From: Takakia lepidozioides
Taxonomy: Eukaryota; Plantae; Bryophyta
Assembly (NCBI GenBank): GCA_030704615.1
Contig: CM060732.1
Span: forward strand, 23,932,001-23,996,000
Direction of reading: 5' to 3'
DNA length: 64,000 bases
In this document: positions 63,111 to 64,000 of the stretch, piece after piece
Layout: each line of letters opens with the position of its first letter
Numbering within the stretch: position 1 is the stretch's first letter
Translations under genes and position numbers: made by a program
Notes under the pieces: generated by a model
What the model was told of the DNA's origin: nothing
The model's database searches: none
What the model saw: only the letters and a program-made list of their open reading frames with translations

Positions 63111-63430
63111 CAACTCCCCAGCAGAAGGCGGGCTCACCCCCCAGTTCTGCCTCGTCCTGGGTCGTAATTTCTTCTCCTAAATGTTTAGCACGGCAGAAAA
63201 TGCAACCAAGGCCCTGAAATTCAACGTTCGTCGCTCAAGGTGTAGGGTCCATCTCTTTCCATGGTCCTTGGAATGGGGACACAAAGGAGGAATCACCTCT
63301 AAGCCCAAAATCATCGCCCTGCCTTACCTTCCAGGGAATTACGTGCGATCCCTCCCAGAGATTGGCGCCCACTTCGGAGTTTACATTGGCTGTATGGGAG
63401 TCTTTGAACACCAGGACACCGAAGCACTAA

Positions 63431-63608
63431 AAAGTAAGTATGACGCCTCCCGAAGGAAGTGTAACTTATGGAGTCACTTCACCCCCAAGGGCTACTGCCT
63501 TCCGCTAGGAAGGTGGACACCTTCATGACACACCAGACCGTGGTTTGAACCCACAACCACATCCAACGTGGTATGTGCCCATTACCACTGGGCTACATTC
63601 TGGTTGTC
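63431..63608 (-). mobile_element. tRNA-derived SINE family B, full length
   Basis: Perfect 14-bp TSD CACCGAAGCACTAA (63417-63430, 63609-63622); A-box TAGCCCAGTGG, B-box GGTTCAAACC; short TACTTACTTT tail. Confidence 0.88.
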
Positions 63609-64000
63609 CACCGAAGCACTAAGTGTAGACAACGAGGTGTTGCCCTTTGATGACTCGCAAGATGGAGGGGTTCCTCGTATCGTTGTGTTGATGCTCGAGT
63701 TGGCAGTCATCGGTGGTTCTTTGAAACCACCCACTCTGATAAGTCCTTCATTTCTATTGTTGTTCAGGAAGAAAAGTTAAGTATCATCTGCCACTACTGT
63801 CTCGGTGAGGGATACATTAAAATCGATTGTCCCGTCTTGATGAAGGATAAGAGGGAAAAAGATGCAGGATTACAATCCTGCATATGGACTCTACAAGTGT
63901 CAACAATCATGAGGGATGCAAGACTTTGGACTGAGAACAATTTCTCGTGGCTAACAAAGTCGATATGTCACAGGTATAGGTACGAGACTTTGTTGGACCG

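Larger units (their letters stand above)
61140..64000 (+). mobile_element. Second L1-like LINE: 5' region and decayed ORF1 (DUF4283-like plus CCHC), interrupted by a MITE and a SINE
   Basis: LIYFPGR..., LGRNFF..FST.ENA.KAL, LFPWS, LPYLPG...EIGAHFGVYIG, PRIVV, ICHYCLGEGYIKIDCP. 5' boundary uncertain. Confidence 0.6.

Overview
Eukaryotic nuclear DNA from a land plant, probably a bryophyte-grade or other non-seed lineage (inferred from gene sequences and TE types). It holds three host genes: a GABA-transporter/AAAP amino-acid permease (GAT1-like, minus strand, running off the left edge, with an in-frame TAA in exon 1), Derlin-2 (6 exons, 41835-45241) and an intronless MAX2/D3 F-box-LRR gene (53355-55817, minus). 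The rest is nested, mostly decayed transposons. Two stand out. (1) A Ty3/Gypsy LTR retrotransposon (12943-21734, minus) whose gag-pol carries a complete DNMT3-like C5 cytosine methyltransferase domain in frame between protease and reverse transcriptase. I know this architecture from the charophyte alga Klebsormidium, not from land plants. (2) A 12.1-kb Mutator-like element (23074-35191; perfect 29-bp TIRs, 9-bp TSD) carrying a SWIM-type MULE transposase, a Ulp1-like protease fragment, a large spliced zinc-finger/Q-T-rich accessory gene of unknown family, and dense arrays of one short motif, reminiscent of VANDAL anti-silencing systems. Also present: a CACTA right half, an RTE-X-like LINE, two L1 LINEs, a PIF/Harbinger, a non-autonomous Helitron, hAT-type MITEs and two tRNA-derived SINE families. 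All calls are from reading the sequence by eye; no searches were run.
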